DNA from: Sedimentisphaerales bacterium
Lineage (GTDB): Bacteria; Planctomycetota; Phycisphaerae; Sedimentisphaerales; SM23-30
Length of the DNA stretch: 64,000 nucleotides
Direction: 5' to 3'
NCBI GenBank assembly: GCA_963663965.2
Contig: CAXXFK010000007.1
Span: 139,517 to 203,516, forward strand
The notes below the pieces were generated by a model. The model was given only the letters and a program-made list of their open reading frames with translations. It did no database searches and was not told where the DNA came from. Below are positions 50,739 to 60,080 of this stretch, piece after piece; position 1 is the first letter of the stretch, and every line of letters starts with the position of its first letter. Both the position numbers and the translations under genes were made by a program.

Positions 50739-51932
50739 ATGGCCTTTTTCAAATATGAAGCACTGACCGAGAACGGACGCGTCATGGAAGGGACGCTGGA
50801 GGCGGGCGATTTTGATCTGGCGCGCGCCGCCCTGGAAGCCATGAAGCTGTCGGTGAATAATCTGGAGAAAACCGACCGACAACCTCGGCCAACCGCGATC
50901 GGACGGGACGATTTTATCCTGTTCAATCAGCAGCTGGCGACAATCACCCAATCGGGCATCCCGTTGGAGAAGGCCTTGCGCGCAGTCGCCGCGGAGGCGG
51001 CCTCCGGTCAGGTCCGGCAATTGACCCGTGAGATCGCCGGCGATCTGGAAAAGGGTATTCCGGTGGAACAGGCGTTTGCCCGGCACGAGAAAGCATTTCC
51101 GGTGATGTATGGCCGAATACTGAAAGCCGGTATCCAGTCCGGGCGATTGAGTGAAATGCTGGTGAGTTTGAATCATCATCTGAAAGTCGCCGGCCGCACC
51201 CGCTCGATTTTACTGGATACCCTGACTTATCCGGCGATCGTGCTTGTTGTTATCGCGGCGGTGACCATTCTGGTGAGTACCCTGGTGCTTCGGGTGACGA
51301 CCGATATGTTCAGTGAGGATTTCGGAACGGATTTGCCTCAAGCCACCCAGGCCTTAATTTATATCGCGCAGCACATTATTCCGATCTGGATTGGTGTTGC
51401 CGGATTGATGGTTCTAGCAACTATTTTTACGATAATATTGAAGCAAACGACTTCAGGCCGGTCATTTCTGGAGCGATTTTTGTCGGGCATCCCATTGGTT
51501 GGCCCGATCTTCCGATTTGGCAAGTTGAGTCATTTTTCCGATTGTATGGCCCTGTTGATCCGGGGCGGCTGCGACGGTCCTGAGGCATTAATCACCTCGG
51601 CGCGGGCGGTGAATTGTGAATCGCTCATTCAGGAGTCCGATCTGGTGGCCCGCCAGATTCAGCAGGGCGCCGGGTATATGGAAGCGGGTCAGATCTGCGC
51701 GTTCATTCCGAGATTGTTTTTTTATTCGCTGCAGATTGGGGCACAACGTAACGAGATTGAAACGAATTTATCTCATCTCAGTCAGATGTACCAGGACCGT
51801 TTGAGCGCACTGCAGAAACAGTTGTCGGCGTTTCTGGTTCCGGCGTTACTGGTCCTGCTGGGTTTTATTGTCGGGGGTACGTTGATCATGCTGTTTGCTC
51901 CCATGATCAGCATGCTTGAAGGTTTAACATAA
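50739..51932 (+). CDS. GspF/PilC-family platform protein
   Basis: MAFFKYEAL..G....G, QLATITQSGIPL, AG..SG.L, TYP; two T2SSF repeats. Confidence 0.9.
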   Translation: MAFFKYEALTENGRVMEGTLEAGDFDLARAALEAMKLSVNNLEKTDRQPRPTAIGRDDFILFNQQLATITQSGIPLEKALRAVAAEAASGQVRQLTREIAGDLEKGIPVEQAFARHEKAFPVMYGRILKAGIQSGRLSEMLVSLNHHLKVAGRTRSILLDTLTYPAIVLVVIAAVTILVSTLVLRVTTDMFSEDFGTDLPQATQALIYIAQHIIPIWIGVAGLMVLATIFTIILKQTTSGRSFLERFLSGIPLVGPIFRFGKLSHFSDCMALLIRGGCDGPEALITSARAVNCESLIQESDLVARQIQQGAGYMEAGQICAFIPRLFFYSLQIGAQRNEIETNLSHLSQMYQDRLSALQKQLSAFLVPALLVLLGFIVGGTLIMLFAPMISMLEGLT

Positions 51933-51952
51933 GCGAAAGGAAGGCACCTGTT

Positions 51953-53413
51953 ATGATCTGGTTATCACATATTGCCATCTTTGGCATTCTCTTCTGGCTG
52001 GTATTTCGTAACCGGCCGGTCTGGGCCTTTCTGGGCAATCTGGTTCAACTGGCCATGATTTTCAAGGCCCTGTGTTTTGTGCCGGGCTACGAGTATCATG
52101 AGGAAGCGGCAGTTTTATCGGTTGCCGTAACAATCGTGATATTTTTTGTAATTAATTTATTACTGGCGGTGCTGCCGCCGGCGCCCGGCAAGTCGCGCTG
52201 GCCGGGGCAGCTGGCCAGAGTATTGCTTATTCTGAGTTTCTGGGGTTCGCTGATTCTTCTGTTTATCCTGACCTTAAAATTGTTTATTCTCTGGATTCTC
52301 GGGCTTATTATCTTTGCGAGTATGGAACGGGAGTATCGCAAACAGTGCCGCTATCAGCTTATTCTGGAAATTATGGGTATGATTCGAGGCGCGATCCGGC
52401 AGCAGTTGCCATTGGCCGAAACCCTGGAATCGGCCATTGACGGCACGAATCGTCATCGCGACCGGATACTGGGGAATATCGGGCTATGGCTGAAGCAGGG
52501 TTATTCGGTAAGCAAGGCGATCGAATTTGGATATCCCCAGTGTCCGGATCAGGTCGTTGGCATGTTGCGGGTGGGGGATCACTCCGGCCAGATCGAAAAG
52601 GCCATCGACATCGTATTTCGAGACCTGGACGCGGAACGGGACCTCAATAATCAACAGAAGGTTCCATTCAGTTATTTCTTCTGTGTAATGGTTACCAACG
52701 TCGCACTGACATTTAGTTACGCGGTTTTCATTTTGCCGAAAATGCAAACTATTTTTGAGGATTTATCGCAAAAGCTGGAACCATCACCGGTATTCGGAGT
52801 GTTTGATTTTATCATTCAATTCTGGGCCTGGATCGTCATTGCTGTGGTGGCGGCGCTCCAGTTTGTGGGATTCATGCGGCTGTATCGTCGATTTCGTAAA
52901 TCCGGGTCGGCCCGCCCGCCATTACTGATTCGGTTGCAGGATACCTGTAAATGGTTTCTGCCGGTCATGCACCGTATCGAACGTGACCGGGCGGTAACCG
53001 TGGTTGCCGCGGCATTGCGCACGGCGCTATCTGCCGGGCGTACGTTGATCGACGCGATTGCCGACAGTCTCGATCTGGATATCAACGCGTGTTATCGCGC
53101 GCGCCTGGAGCGCTGGCGGCATCGTGTTGAAGCGGGCGAGCCCATCGATCAATCCGCCATCGCCTGCCAATTGGGTAAGGATGTGGCCTGGGCGCTGAAT
53201 ACAGAGCTCCATCCGGAAGACCAGCTGAATTATTTGCAGACCCTGGAAGAGACGGCCCGCAATCGTTATTTGTTTACTGTCCGGATGGCCCACCAGATCG
53301 CGAAACCCATACTGACCATCGCGCTGGGTGTGATGACCGGATTTTTCGCTTATGTTATTGTTTTTCCAATGGCGGGAATGATCAATGTCCTGATCACTCA
53401 TATTACGCCCTGA
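51953..53413 (+). CDS. Divergent GspF/PilC-family protein with an N-terminal multi-TM extension
   Basis: QLPLAETL...G.SVSKA...VGDHSGQI, second repeat AGRTLIDAI...AGEPI; about 120 aa of hydrophobic sequence precede these. Confidence 0.75.
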   Translation: MIWLSHIAIFGILFWLVFRNRPVWAFLGNLVQLAMIFKALCFVPGYEYHEEAAVLSVAVTIVIFFVINLLLAVLPPAPGKSRWPGQLARVLLILSFWGSLILLFILTLKLFILWILGLIIFASMEREYRKQCRYQLILEIMGMIRGAIRQQLPLAETLESAIDGTNRHRDRILGNIGLWLKQGYSVSKAIEFGYPQCPDQVVGMLRVGDHSGQIEKAIDIVFRDLDAERDLNNQQKVPFSYFFCVMVTNVALTFSYAVFILPKMQTIFEDLSQKLEPSPVFGVFDFIIQFWAWIVIAVVAALQFVGFMRLYRRFRKSGSARPPLLIRLQDTCKWFLPVMHRIERDRAVTVVAAALRTALSAGRTLIDAIADSLDLDINACYRARLERWRHRVEAGEPIDQSAIACQLGKDVAWALNTELHPEDQLNYLQTLEETARNRYLFTVRMAHQIAKPILTIALGVMTGFFAYVIVFPMAGMINVLITHITP

Positions 53414-53445
53414 TCATAAGACATTCAATCTGGATAGAGCCACTT

Positions 53446-53847
53446 ATGCAATATTCCAAAATGAAAAAACGAAATAAAGGATTTGCCCTGCTGGAGCTGG
53501 CGCTCAGCACCGTGGTGATACTGATCCTGTTGACGGCCGCCGGACTATTGTTTAATCAGAGCCGGCGATTCAATCAGGCGTGTCTGGCGCGCCAGCAGTG
53601 CGCGATGGCGGCCCTGGCTCAACTGGACAGTTTGGAGTATACGGGCGAGCCGCTGTCGCCGGACAGTATCGCCAGGCTCTGGCCGCGCGTCAATTTGACA
53701 CTGACGGCCCAGCCGGCGCCGGAACCCTGGCGGGATCTGGTGGAAGTGAGTGTCCGGGCGGAATGCGGTCCGATGACTCCCGCTGTTTATGTACTTGAGA
53801 AGCGCTTCATACCCGCGTCGGCATTAACCGTAAAGGAGACCGAGTAA
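53446..53847 (+). CDS. Type IV pilin-like minor pseudopilin (GspI/PilV-like)
   Basis: Class III signal KKRNKG|FALLE with Glu5, then a hydrophobic helix; the start may be 53461. Confidence 0.8.
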   Translation: MQYSKMKKRNKGFALLELALSTVVILILLTAAGLLFNQSRRFNQACLARQQCAMAALAQLDSLEYTGEPLSPDSIARLWPRVNLTLTAQPAPEPWRDLVEVSVRAECGPMTPAVYVLEKRFIPASALTVKETE

Positions 53848-53848
53848 C

Positions 53849-54628
53849 ATGCGTAAAGGCTATACTATTATTGAAACACTGGTGGGCGCCATTGTCATGT
53901 TTGCCATTGTCATAGCGATCGGGCCATTGATTATGATGCTGATCAAAGATATTCCCCAGCATATGGCGATGCATGACAGTCATGATCAACTGGTTCATCT
54001 AATCGATAAGATGGCTGAGGATGCCAGTGTTGCAAGAGCGGTCCGTGAGCGTTACGCCGGTTGGGAAGCAGGGCCCCAATGTCTGATACTGGAATCGGAT
54101 GGAGGGGTGACGGTCTGGCGTCAGGATCAGGACCGGTTTATCCGGGAGGTGTATGATGATCCGAACATTACCGGCACGACCCCGGCTGAGGCGGATGAGT
54201 GGACGATTCGAAACGGCCACCTGGACTTGGCAATCAAACATCTGATAAGGGACCGGGATGAATGGGGCGAATGGGATGTGATAGAGGTAGAATCCTGGAT
54301 TGAATATAAACAAGGGGCTCATCGGCACCAAAAATGGCATAACGGTAGTGATCTGTTTATCGGCGGCTCGCTTCGATCCAGAGAGTATCAATGGCAGGAT
54401 TATGGTTCCATGGGAATGGGAATGATGATGCCAGGTATGGGGGCGCCCATGGAGACTGCTATGATGGGAATGACCAAAGATGCTAATGCCATGGCCGGTG
54501 CGCCTGCGGCGGTTGGGCCAGAGCTGAACAGGCTATCGGAGCCTAATCGCCTTGACATGGTTCATGATCCGAACTCAATGGCTCCAGTGATCAACCCGAA
54601 TGATCCGAACAGTCAGGAGGCGTTATGA
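53849..54628 (+). CDS. Type IV pilin-like minor pseudopilin (GspJ/PilW-like) with a Met-rich tail
   Basis: MRKG|YTIIE with Glu5; low-complexity Met/Gly and DPN/EPN C-terminus. Confidence 0.8.
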   Translation: MRKGYTIIETLVGAIVMFAIVIAIGPLIMMLIKDIPQHMAMHDSHDQLVHLIDKMAEDASVARAVRERYAGWEAGPQCLILESDGGVTVWRQDQDRFIREVYDDPNITGTTPAEADEWTIRNGHLDLAIKHLIRDRDEWGEWDVIEVESWIEYKQGAHRHQKWHNGSDLFIGGSLRSREYQWQDYGSMGMGMMMPGMGAPMETAMMGMTKDANAMAGAPAAVGPELNRLSEPNRLDMVHDPNSMAPVINPNDPNSQEAL

Positions 54629-55083
54629 GACAACGATCCACCCAAGGGATAATCTATATCCTTGTCATCTTTTTGCTGAGTATGCTGGCCATTGCTGCCG
54701 TTGCCATTACCCACGGCAACCGTTCGAATCATCTGAGCACGCAGCAGATCGTTTGTGAGGCTCATTTAAAAAATCTCAAGGCCAGTGCGGAAGCGATATT
54801 GGATTATTCAAAGCAGTATCCAGAAATGATACCGGCGGATGGGTTTTGCTATGATCCCAATCTGCCGGATGTGAAACAGGCAGAATTGAATTTTAAAATC
54901 GAATCCCAGTCCGAAGGTCAACCTGAAATAGCAATCGTGGTTTCCTGCCAGAATGGAAAGGCGGGCAAAGCGGCAAAGTTAAGCTATTCTATTAAGCGAA
55001 TTTCGAAGGAAGAACAGACAGAAGAGGGTCCAAATGAGATGGAAGAAAAAAGCGGACCGGCTGAGGGCGGGTCCGCTTTGTGA
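54625..55083 (+). CDS. GspK/PilX-like pseudopilin
   Basis: MRQRSTQG|IIYIL, lacking Glu5 as GspK/PilX do; overlaps the previous gene (ATGA). Confidence 0.65.
   Translation: MRQRSTQGIIYILVIFLLSMLAIAAVAITHGNRSNHLSTQQIVCEAHLKNLKASAEAILDYSKQYPEMIPADGFCYDPNLPDVKQAELNFKIESQSEGQPEIAIVVSCQNGKAGKAAKLSYSIKRISKEEQTEEGPNEMEEKSGPAEGGSAL
55044..55079 (-). terminator. Intrinsic terminator of the vWA operon (possibly bidirectional)
   Basis: AAAGCGGACC...GGTCCGCTTT hairpin with a T-tract on the minus strand, inside the 3' end of the convergent gene. Confidence 0.65.
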
Positions 55084-55107
55084 TGGTTGGATTGCGGGTT
55101 GCGCGGC

Positions 55108-56346
55108 TTATTTCTTTTCTGTGGCCGGGGAGGCTTCTTGAACTGGGGCGTTGTCGGCGGCCGGATCGGTTTGGGGTTGAATGAATTCGAAATGGAATCT
55201 GGCGGCCTGCTGACGGACCAGTTTGATAATAACGGCTTCGAGCGTGTCTTCACCTTTATCGGCGAGCTTTTTCATTTCTTCGGCGACGAATTTCTGGCGT
55301 TCGACATTTAGCTGAGAGATCTGTTTCTGAATAGTCTGGCGCTTTTCGCCCATCTCTTTCACGTAGGCTTCTCTTTCTTCCAGGGTCATGTCCTTCATGG
55401 CATCGGGCAGGTCTTCTTTTTTGAGCTCGGCGAGTTCCAGGTTTTTGTTTTCGATAGCATCTACAATATCCCAGCGTGAATTGTCGTAGTTGCTGGTTGA
55501 TTTGGAGATGGAGCGCTGGATGGGGGCGCTGCTGCTGGCGAGTTTGGCGTTGGAATCCTGGGCGATCTGGAGCTGGACGCCTTCTTCGGCCCAGCGGCCA
55601 TAGGCGAGGTAGGTGCTGTTCAATTCGGTGCCCAGCCGGACAATTGCTTCATCCTGGGGAGCGGCCACGTAGACTGCCTTGCGATTCTGGTCGATGTGCA
55701 GGTAGCCGCCGTCGGCCAGTTTGGCGCCGTCGGACCAGGATTGTTTGACGCCGGTTTCGTAATCGCCGCAATGGATGGTATTTACTATGACACCCTTTTC
55801 GATGGCGGCTTTGCACGATTTTTTATAATCGACTTTGCCCTGGGTAAATGGTTCATTACCGGCAATGAAGATCACCTTGTAGTCGTTGGTGTTCTTGCTC
55901 CAGGCCAGGTCGGCAACGGCCCGCTCAATCACCCAGCCGCAATATTCCTGGCCGCCGTTGGTTTTGAGGGCGAACAGTTGCTCGGAGACCTTGTCCAGAT
56001 CATCGGTCAGGGACAAGACCTGGCGAATGTAACCAGTTTCGGACTTGAGGCCGTCGTTGCCATATTCATACAAGGCCAGTTCCAGCCGGGGGGCTTTGCC
56101 ATGCTGGCGCGCTATAGCGTATTCATTGACAATACTCCACAACTGGGCCTTGGCTTGATCGATCAGGCCATCCATGCTGTTGCTGGTATCAAGCAGGATA
56201 GCCATCTGGATCAGCGGTGATTGGGCGTCGATCTGGACTGGTGTTGCCGGCGGAGCGGCTTCCTGGGCCAGGCTATTGAGTGTGGCCAGACCAAATAAAA
56301 GACCTATTGCCATTATTTTTACGAGCTTCATAATTTGTCCTTTCAT
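55108..56346 (-). CDS. Secreted vWA-domain protein
   Basis: Signal peptide; MIDAS LLDTSNSMDG, GGQEYCG, IFIAGNE. Confidence 0.88.
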   Translation of the reverse strand: MKGQIMKLVKIMAIGLLFGLATLNSLAQEAAPPATPVQIDAQSPLIQMAILLDTSNSMDGLIDQAKAQLWSIVNEYAIARQHGKAPRLELALYEYGNDGLKSETGYIRQVLSLTDDLDKVSEQLFALKTNGGQEYCGWVIERAVADLAWSKNTNDYKVIFIAGNEPFTQGKVDYKKSCKAAIEKGVIVNTIHCGDYETGVKQSWSDGAKLADGGYLHIDQNRKAVYVAAPQDEAIVRLGTELNSTYLAYGRWAEEGVQLQIAQDSNAKLASSSAPIQRSISKSTSNYDNSRWDIVDAIENKNLELAELKKEDLPDAMKDMTLEEREAYVKEMGEKRQTIQKQISQLNVERQKFVAEEMKKLADKGEDTLEAVIIKLVRQQAARFHFEFIQPQTDPAADNAPVQEASPATEKK

Positions 56347-56368
56347 TCAAGATCGTGTTGGTTTGAAT

Positions 56369-57530
56369 TTACATCTGGGGGCCGACATCGTTGTATTTAA
56401 TGCCGGCCTTGGCCGCCTGGGAGCGGATACATTCGAAAAGTTGATATTCCAGGGATGATTTTTTGTCGAGTTTTTTTTCATCCATTATTTTCTGGATAAA
56501 AGCCTGACGTTTTTCGGACAGATCTTTTATTCTGGCGGTTGCTTCTTCGCGTTCTGCCGTTTTCTTTTCAATGTAAGCCTTGCGTTCTTCATCGTTCAGT
56601 TTTTTCATTTCTTCGGGCATTTCGCTTTCGGAGAGCTTGTCGAGATCTATTTTGCCATCCATTAAAGCGCCCAGCAGTTCCTGGCTGCCGCGGAAGTTGT
56701 CTTTGCCGGCGATGGATGAATTGAAAGCGGCGCGCTGGGCAATCGCGGAGGTGTCGGCCTTGTAATAAAAGGTTTCAGAGTCTTTGGCGCGTTCTCTCAT
56801 TTGCAGTTGCATGCCTGCCAGGCCGTAATAGATCCGGGTGCTGTCGAGCCGGCGGGACCAGTCGGCGATCTCGTTGTCGAAGGGCGTATCGATTAAGATG
56901 GCGCTGCCGGATTGTTCCACCTGGAAATAGCGGCCTTCGGCCTTTTTGGCGATTTCGTTCCAGATTTTGTGGGTGTCTTTGTTGTTGCCGCAAAGAATGG
57001 TATTGACGACGATCCCTCGTTCGGCGGCCAGTTTGCAGGTATCGGGGTAGTGGATGTCATTGTCGTAATCCATATGGGGCGGGAAGTCGCCCCACCAGGA
57101 AGATAACGCGATAGATCGAATCGCCCGCGGTCCATTTGATTTTGGTAACGGCTTCGTGTAACGCCTGGTTGACGCTTTCGGGTCCGTCACCGCCGCCGCC
57201 GGCCTGAAACAACATCAGTTTGCCGTAAACCTTGTCCAGATCCTGGTCGAGTCCGGTCATCTGGGTGATGTATTCATCGCCGCGATCCCGGTAGCCCACC
57301 AGTCCGATTTTGATCTGCGGGGCCGGGTCGGCGGTGGCCATGGTATTGGCGATGGACCAGATTTTTTCTTTGGCGGCTTTAATCAATCCACCCATACTGC
57401 CGGTGGTGTCCAGTACGAACACCACTTCGATCTGGGGTTGGTCGCTTTTCGGGCCGGCATGATTGGGATCTGCCGCCCATATCGAGGCGGTGATGACCAA
57501 TGCACTTAGTATGACATGAATCCATTTCAT
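56369..57530 (-). pseudogene. Secreted vWA-domain protein split by a +1 frameshift (paralog of the 55108 gene)
   Basis: MIDAS VLDTTGSMGG in ORF 57057-57530. Removing one base from the C4 run at 57090-57093 restores IFLVGDFPPHMDY and joins ORF 56369-57190. Confidence 0.85.
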
Positions 57531-57561
57531 TGTCAGGCTCCTTCATATTGAGCGATTAAGA

Positions 57562-59811
57562 TTATTGCGGATTACGAATCAGGATGATCTGGCCTTCCAT
57601 TTCGAGCAGGATTTCGCCGCGCAGGGCGATGCTTCCCTGGCGGTTCTGACTGGCGAGCTTACCGGCCAGTTCGAAAAATTCATCGGTGCCGAACTCGATG
57701 GTGCGGTCGGCCTTCTGGCGTTCGGGCTGATTGATTAAACGGCCTTCCATCCACTGGCCCCGGTTCTTGAAATAGGCACGATCGTTGATCTGCTGGACGG
57801 TATCGAAGGTGACGTCCTTCATTTCGATATCGAGATAACTATTATCATAATTCAGTTTTGAGGCGTGTTTCTGGGCGCCGAGGTTGTAGCTCTGGTTAAT
57901 GCTTTCCAGGCCGGAGCGAGGCCTCATGGCGCGATTGTGGAGCATGACTTCGGCTTCGCCCAGGACTGCCGCATAATCGTCGATTACCGAGCCTTCGCGG
58001 GCCAGGAACGAGGTGTATTCCGTTAATATGCCATGCTCGGTCGACAGCCGAACGATTTCATCGATCAGCTCTTTGATTTTGAGATCGGAGATATCGGTTC
58101 CATTGTCGCCGCCGGCCTGACGCACGGCATCGATCAGCTCGGCAATTTTGCGCGCGGCCCAAAGTCTGGGCACGAACGCGTTGCGGGTGCTGGCCTGATC
58201 GAGATTGAAGGTAAAATTGAATGACCGTTTCTGGCCTAACAGGTTTCCTTTAAACTGAAACGACAACGGGTCGTCGCCGATATACTTACCCAACAACACC
58301 AATTGATCGCCGTCGAACAGATCCGGGATTGCAGCCGGAAGAATATCGGCTGTTCGTCCGGGTGCTTTATCTCCCTCCCGATCACGGACTTTCAATACGG
58401 GCTCAGCGAATACCGGACCGGCCAGCCGTTTAAAGACCTGGCCCACTTTGACTTCAACATCTTCTTCCGGTAACACGTAACAGGATGTTGCCCGTGACAA
58501 TTCGGCAATTTTATCCAGCAACGGCGCGTTGACATCGACACCCACGCCGAAAGAGAATACCCGCCGCTTATAAGGATTGTAATCGGCCACCAGCGCCCGG
58601 ATATCCGTTTCACGCGTCTTGCCGACGGTGGGCAGGCCATCGGTCAGAAACAAGACCAGCCCTAGGCGGTCGCCCTGGGGTTTCTGACGCAATGCTTCGT
58701 TAAGCGCGTCATAAATATTGGTGCCGCCGACCGGCCGAATGGCGTCGATAAAATCCCATGCCGCGCGGACGTTTTTACGGTTACACATTAAGGGGGTATC
58801 GGAAAACGCTTCGGCGACATTCTGGTAGGTGATAATGTTAAATGCTTCGTCTGTCTCCAGGGCGTCGATAATCTGGCTGGCGACTTCTTTGGTCTGTTCG
58901 AGTTTCTGGCCGCGCATGCTGCCGGACCGGTCGATGACCAGGGTGACTTCTCGTTTGATGGCGGAGCGATCCGCCTGGCTCAACTCTGCCGGTAAGCCGG
59001 CCAGCAGCAGAAAATAGCCGCCGCCGATTTCGGGATCGGGATAGCAGATCAGCGAGGCGGTGATGGCCTGGCCTTCCACCAGATAGGACAGACGAAACGC
59101 GCCCGGATCGGTGCGTGACGATTTTTTCAGTGTGACAATCATTTTATCAGCTGACTTGCGATCCAGTTCCAGGCTGTGGCTGGCGGAATAGACCGTTGAG
59201 ATGGGCTTGTCGCCTTTGATAGTGACTTCGATATCCCAGGGAATGTTGTTTTCCAGGGACTCGCTCCGTGGCAGAACGTAGTCATAACGATTGCCATCCA
59301 CGGTTACGATATGTTCATAGGTCAGTCGTATGGTCTGGGTACCGTTGGGCTCGACTGGAAAGACGCTGGAGCGGATCAGGTTGTAGCCGATAAATTCCAG
59401 CAGGGCCGGATCGCGTACCTGGGCGACAATCTGGTTATAAATGCGGCGGGCTTCTTCAGCGGGGAGGATCTGGGCCGTGGGTTCTTTGCCAGCCCCTTCA
59501 AAGGTGAAACCCTGGACAACCGCGCCATTGGGCACCGGCATGATGACTTCGGCTTCCTGACGGCGGCCTGTATCATTTTTAAGTGAGACATCCAGTGTGG
59601 TGATGGCGACCTGGCCGGACAGGGCTACTGTCGCTTTGACCCCGGTGATTTGTACCGGCTTGATATCGGGCCGAATCCGGAATGCCAGCGGTCGCGACTG
59701 GGGTATGATAATATTATCCGCCAGTGACGAAACCATTCGCTGGGCAGCGGCCCAGGATGTCACGCACAATACAATTAAAATACCAAACCGATAAATCGAC
59801 GGAACTTTCAT
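57562..59811 (-). CDS. Secreted VIT + vWA (inter-alpha-trypsin-inhibitor-like) protein
   Basis: VIT domain (AEEARRIY..IV...RDPALLE), MIDAS VIDRSGSM, GGTNI, FLTDGLPTVG, PRLWAARKI, TEYTSFL. Confidence 0.9.
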   Translation of the reverse strand: MKVPSIYRFGILIVLCVTSWAAAQRMVSSLADNIIIPQSRPLAFRIRPDIKPVQITGVKATVALSGQVAITTLDVSLKNDTGRRQEAEVIMPVPNGAVVQGFTFEGAGKEPTAQILPAEEARRIYNQIVAQVRDPALLEFIGYNLIRSSVFPVEPNGTQTIRLTYEHIVTVDGNRYDYVLPRSESLENNIPWDIEVTIKGDKPISTVYSASHSLELDRKSADKMIVTLKKSSRTDPGAFRLSYLVEGQAITASLICYPDPEIGGGYFLLLAGLPAELSQADRSAIKREVTLVIDRSGSMRGQKLEQTKEVASQIIDALETDEAFNIITYQNVAEAFSDTPLMCNRKNVRAAWDFIDAIRPVGGTNIYDALNEALRQKPQGDRLGLVLFLTDGLPTVGKTRETDIRALVADYNPYKRRVFSFGVGVDVNAPLLDKIAELSRATSCYVLPEEDVEVKVGQVFKRLAGPVFAEPVLKVRDREGDKAPGRTADILPAAIPDLFDGDQLVLLGKYIGDDPLSFQFKGNLLGQKRSFNFTFNLDQASTRNAFVPRLWAARKIAELIDAVRQAGGDNGTDISDLKIKELIDEIVRLSTEHGILTEYTSFLAREGSVIDDYAAVLGEAEVMLHNRAMRPRSGLESINQSYNLGAQKHASKLNYDNSYLDIEMKDVTFDTVQQINDRAYFKNRGQWMEGRLINQPERQKADRTIEFGTDEFFELAGKLASQNRQGSIALRGEILLEMEGQIILIRNPQ

Positions 59812-60080
59812 GATTGGAACCTCCAGGCAGTTATACGATTTTGAGAAAATAAGTCGTTCGCTGCCTTATTTATACCACCCAATCGACCTTGAGTTCCGTA
59901 AATAGCCAGTAAACCTTGATTTTGGTTCCATGTTTTACATGTCTGTTACAATTTGGCCATAAATTGTCCACCGCTATGTAACTGAATGTAACATATTGAA
60001 AAATATGGTGATTTAAGAAGGTTCAGGCAATCTGAGGGCAGAAAGTAACCTGAAAAGTAATGTTGGGGGTGATGGTCTGC

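Noticed and set aside
59820..59935. GGAAC-containing ECF-like promoter candidates upstream of the VIT-vWA gene
   Set aside because: They do not match the GGTTAAC-N16-CGTC motif, and the -10 elements are ambiguous.
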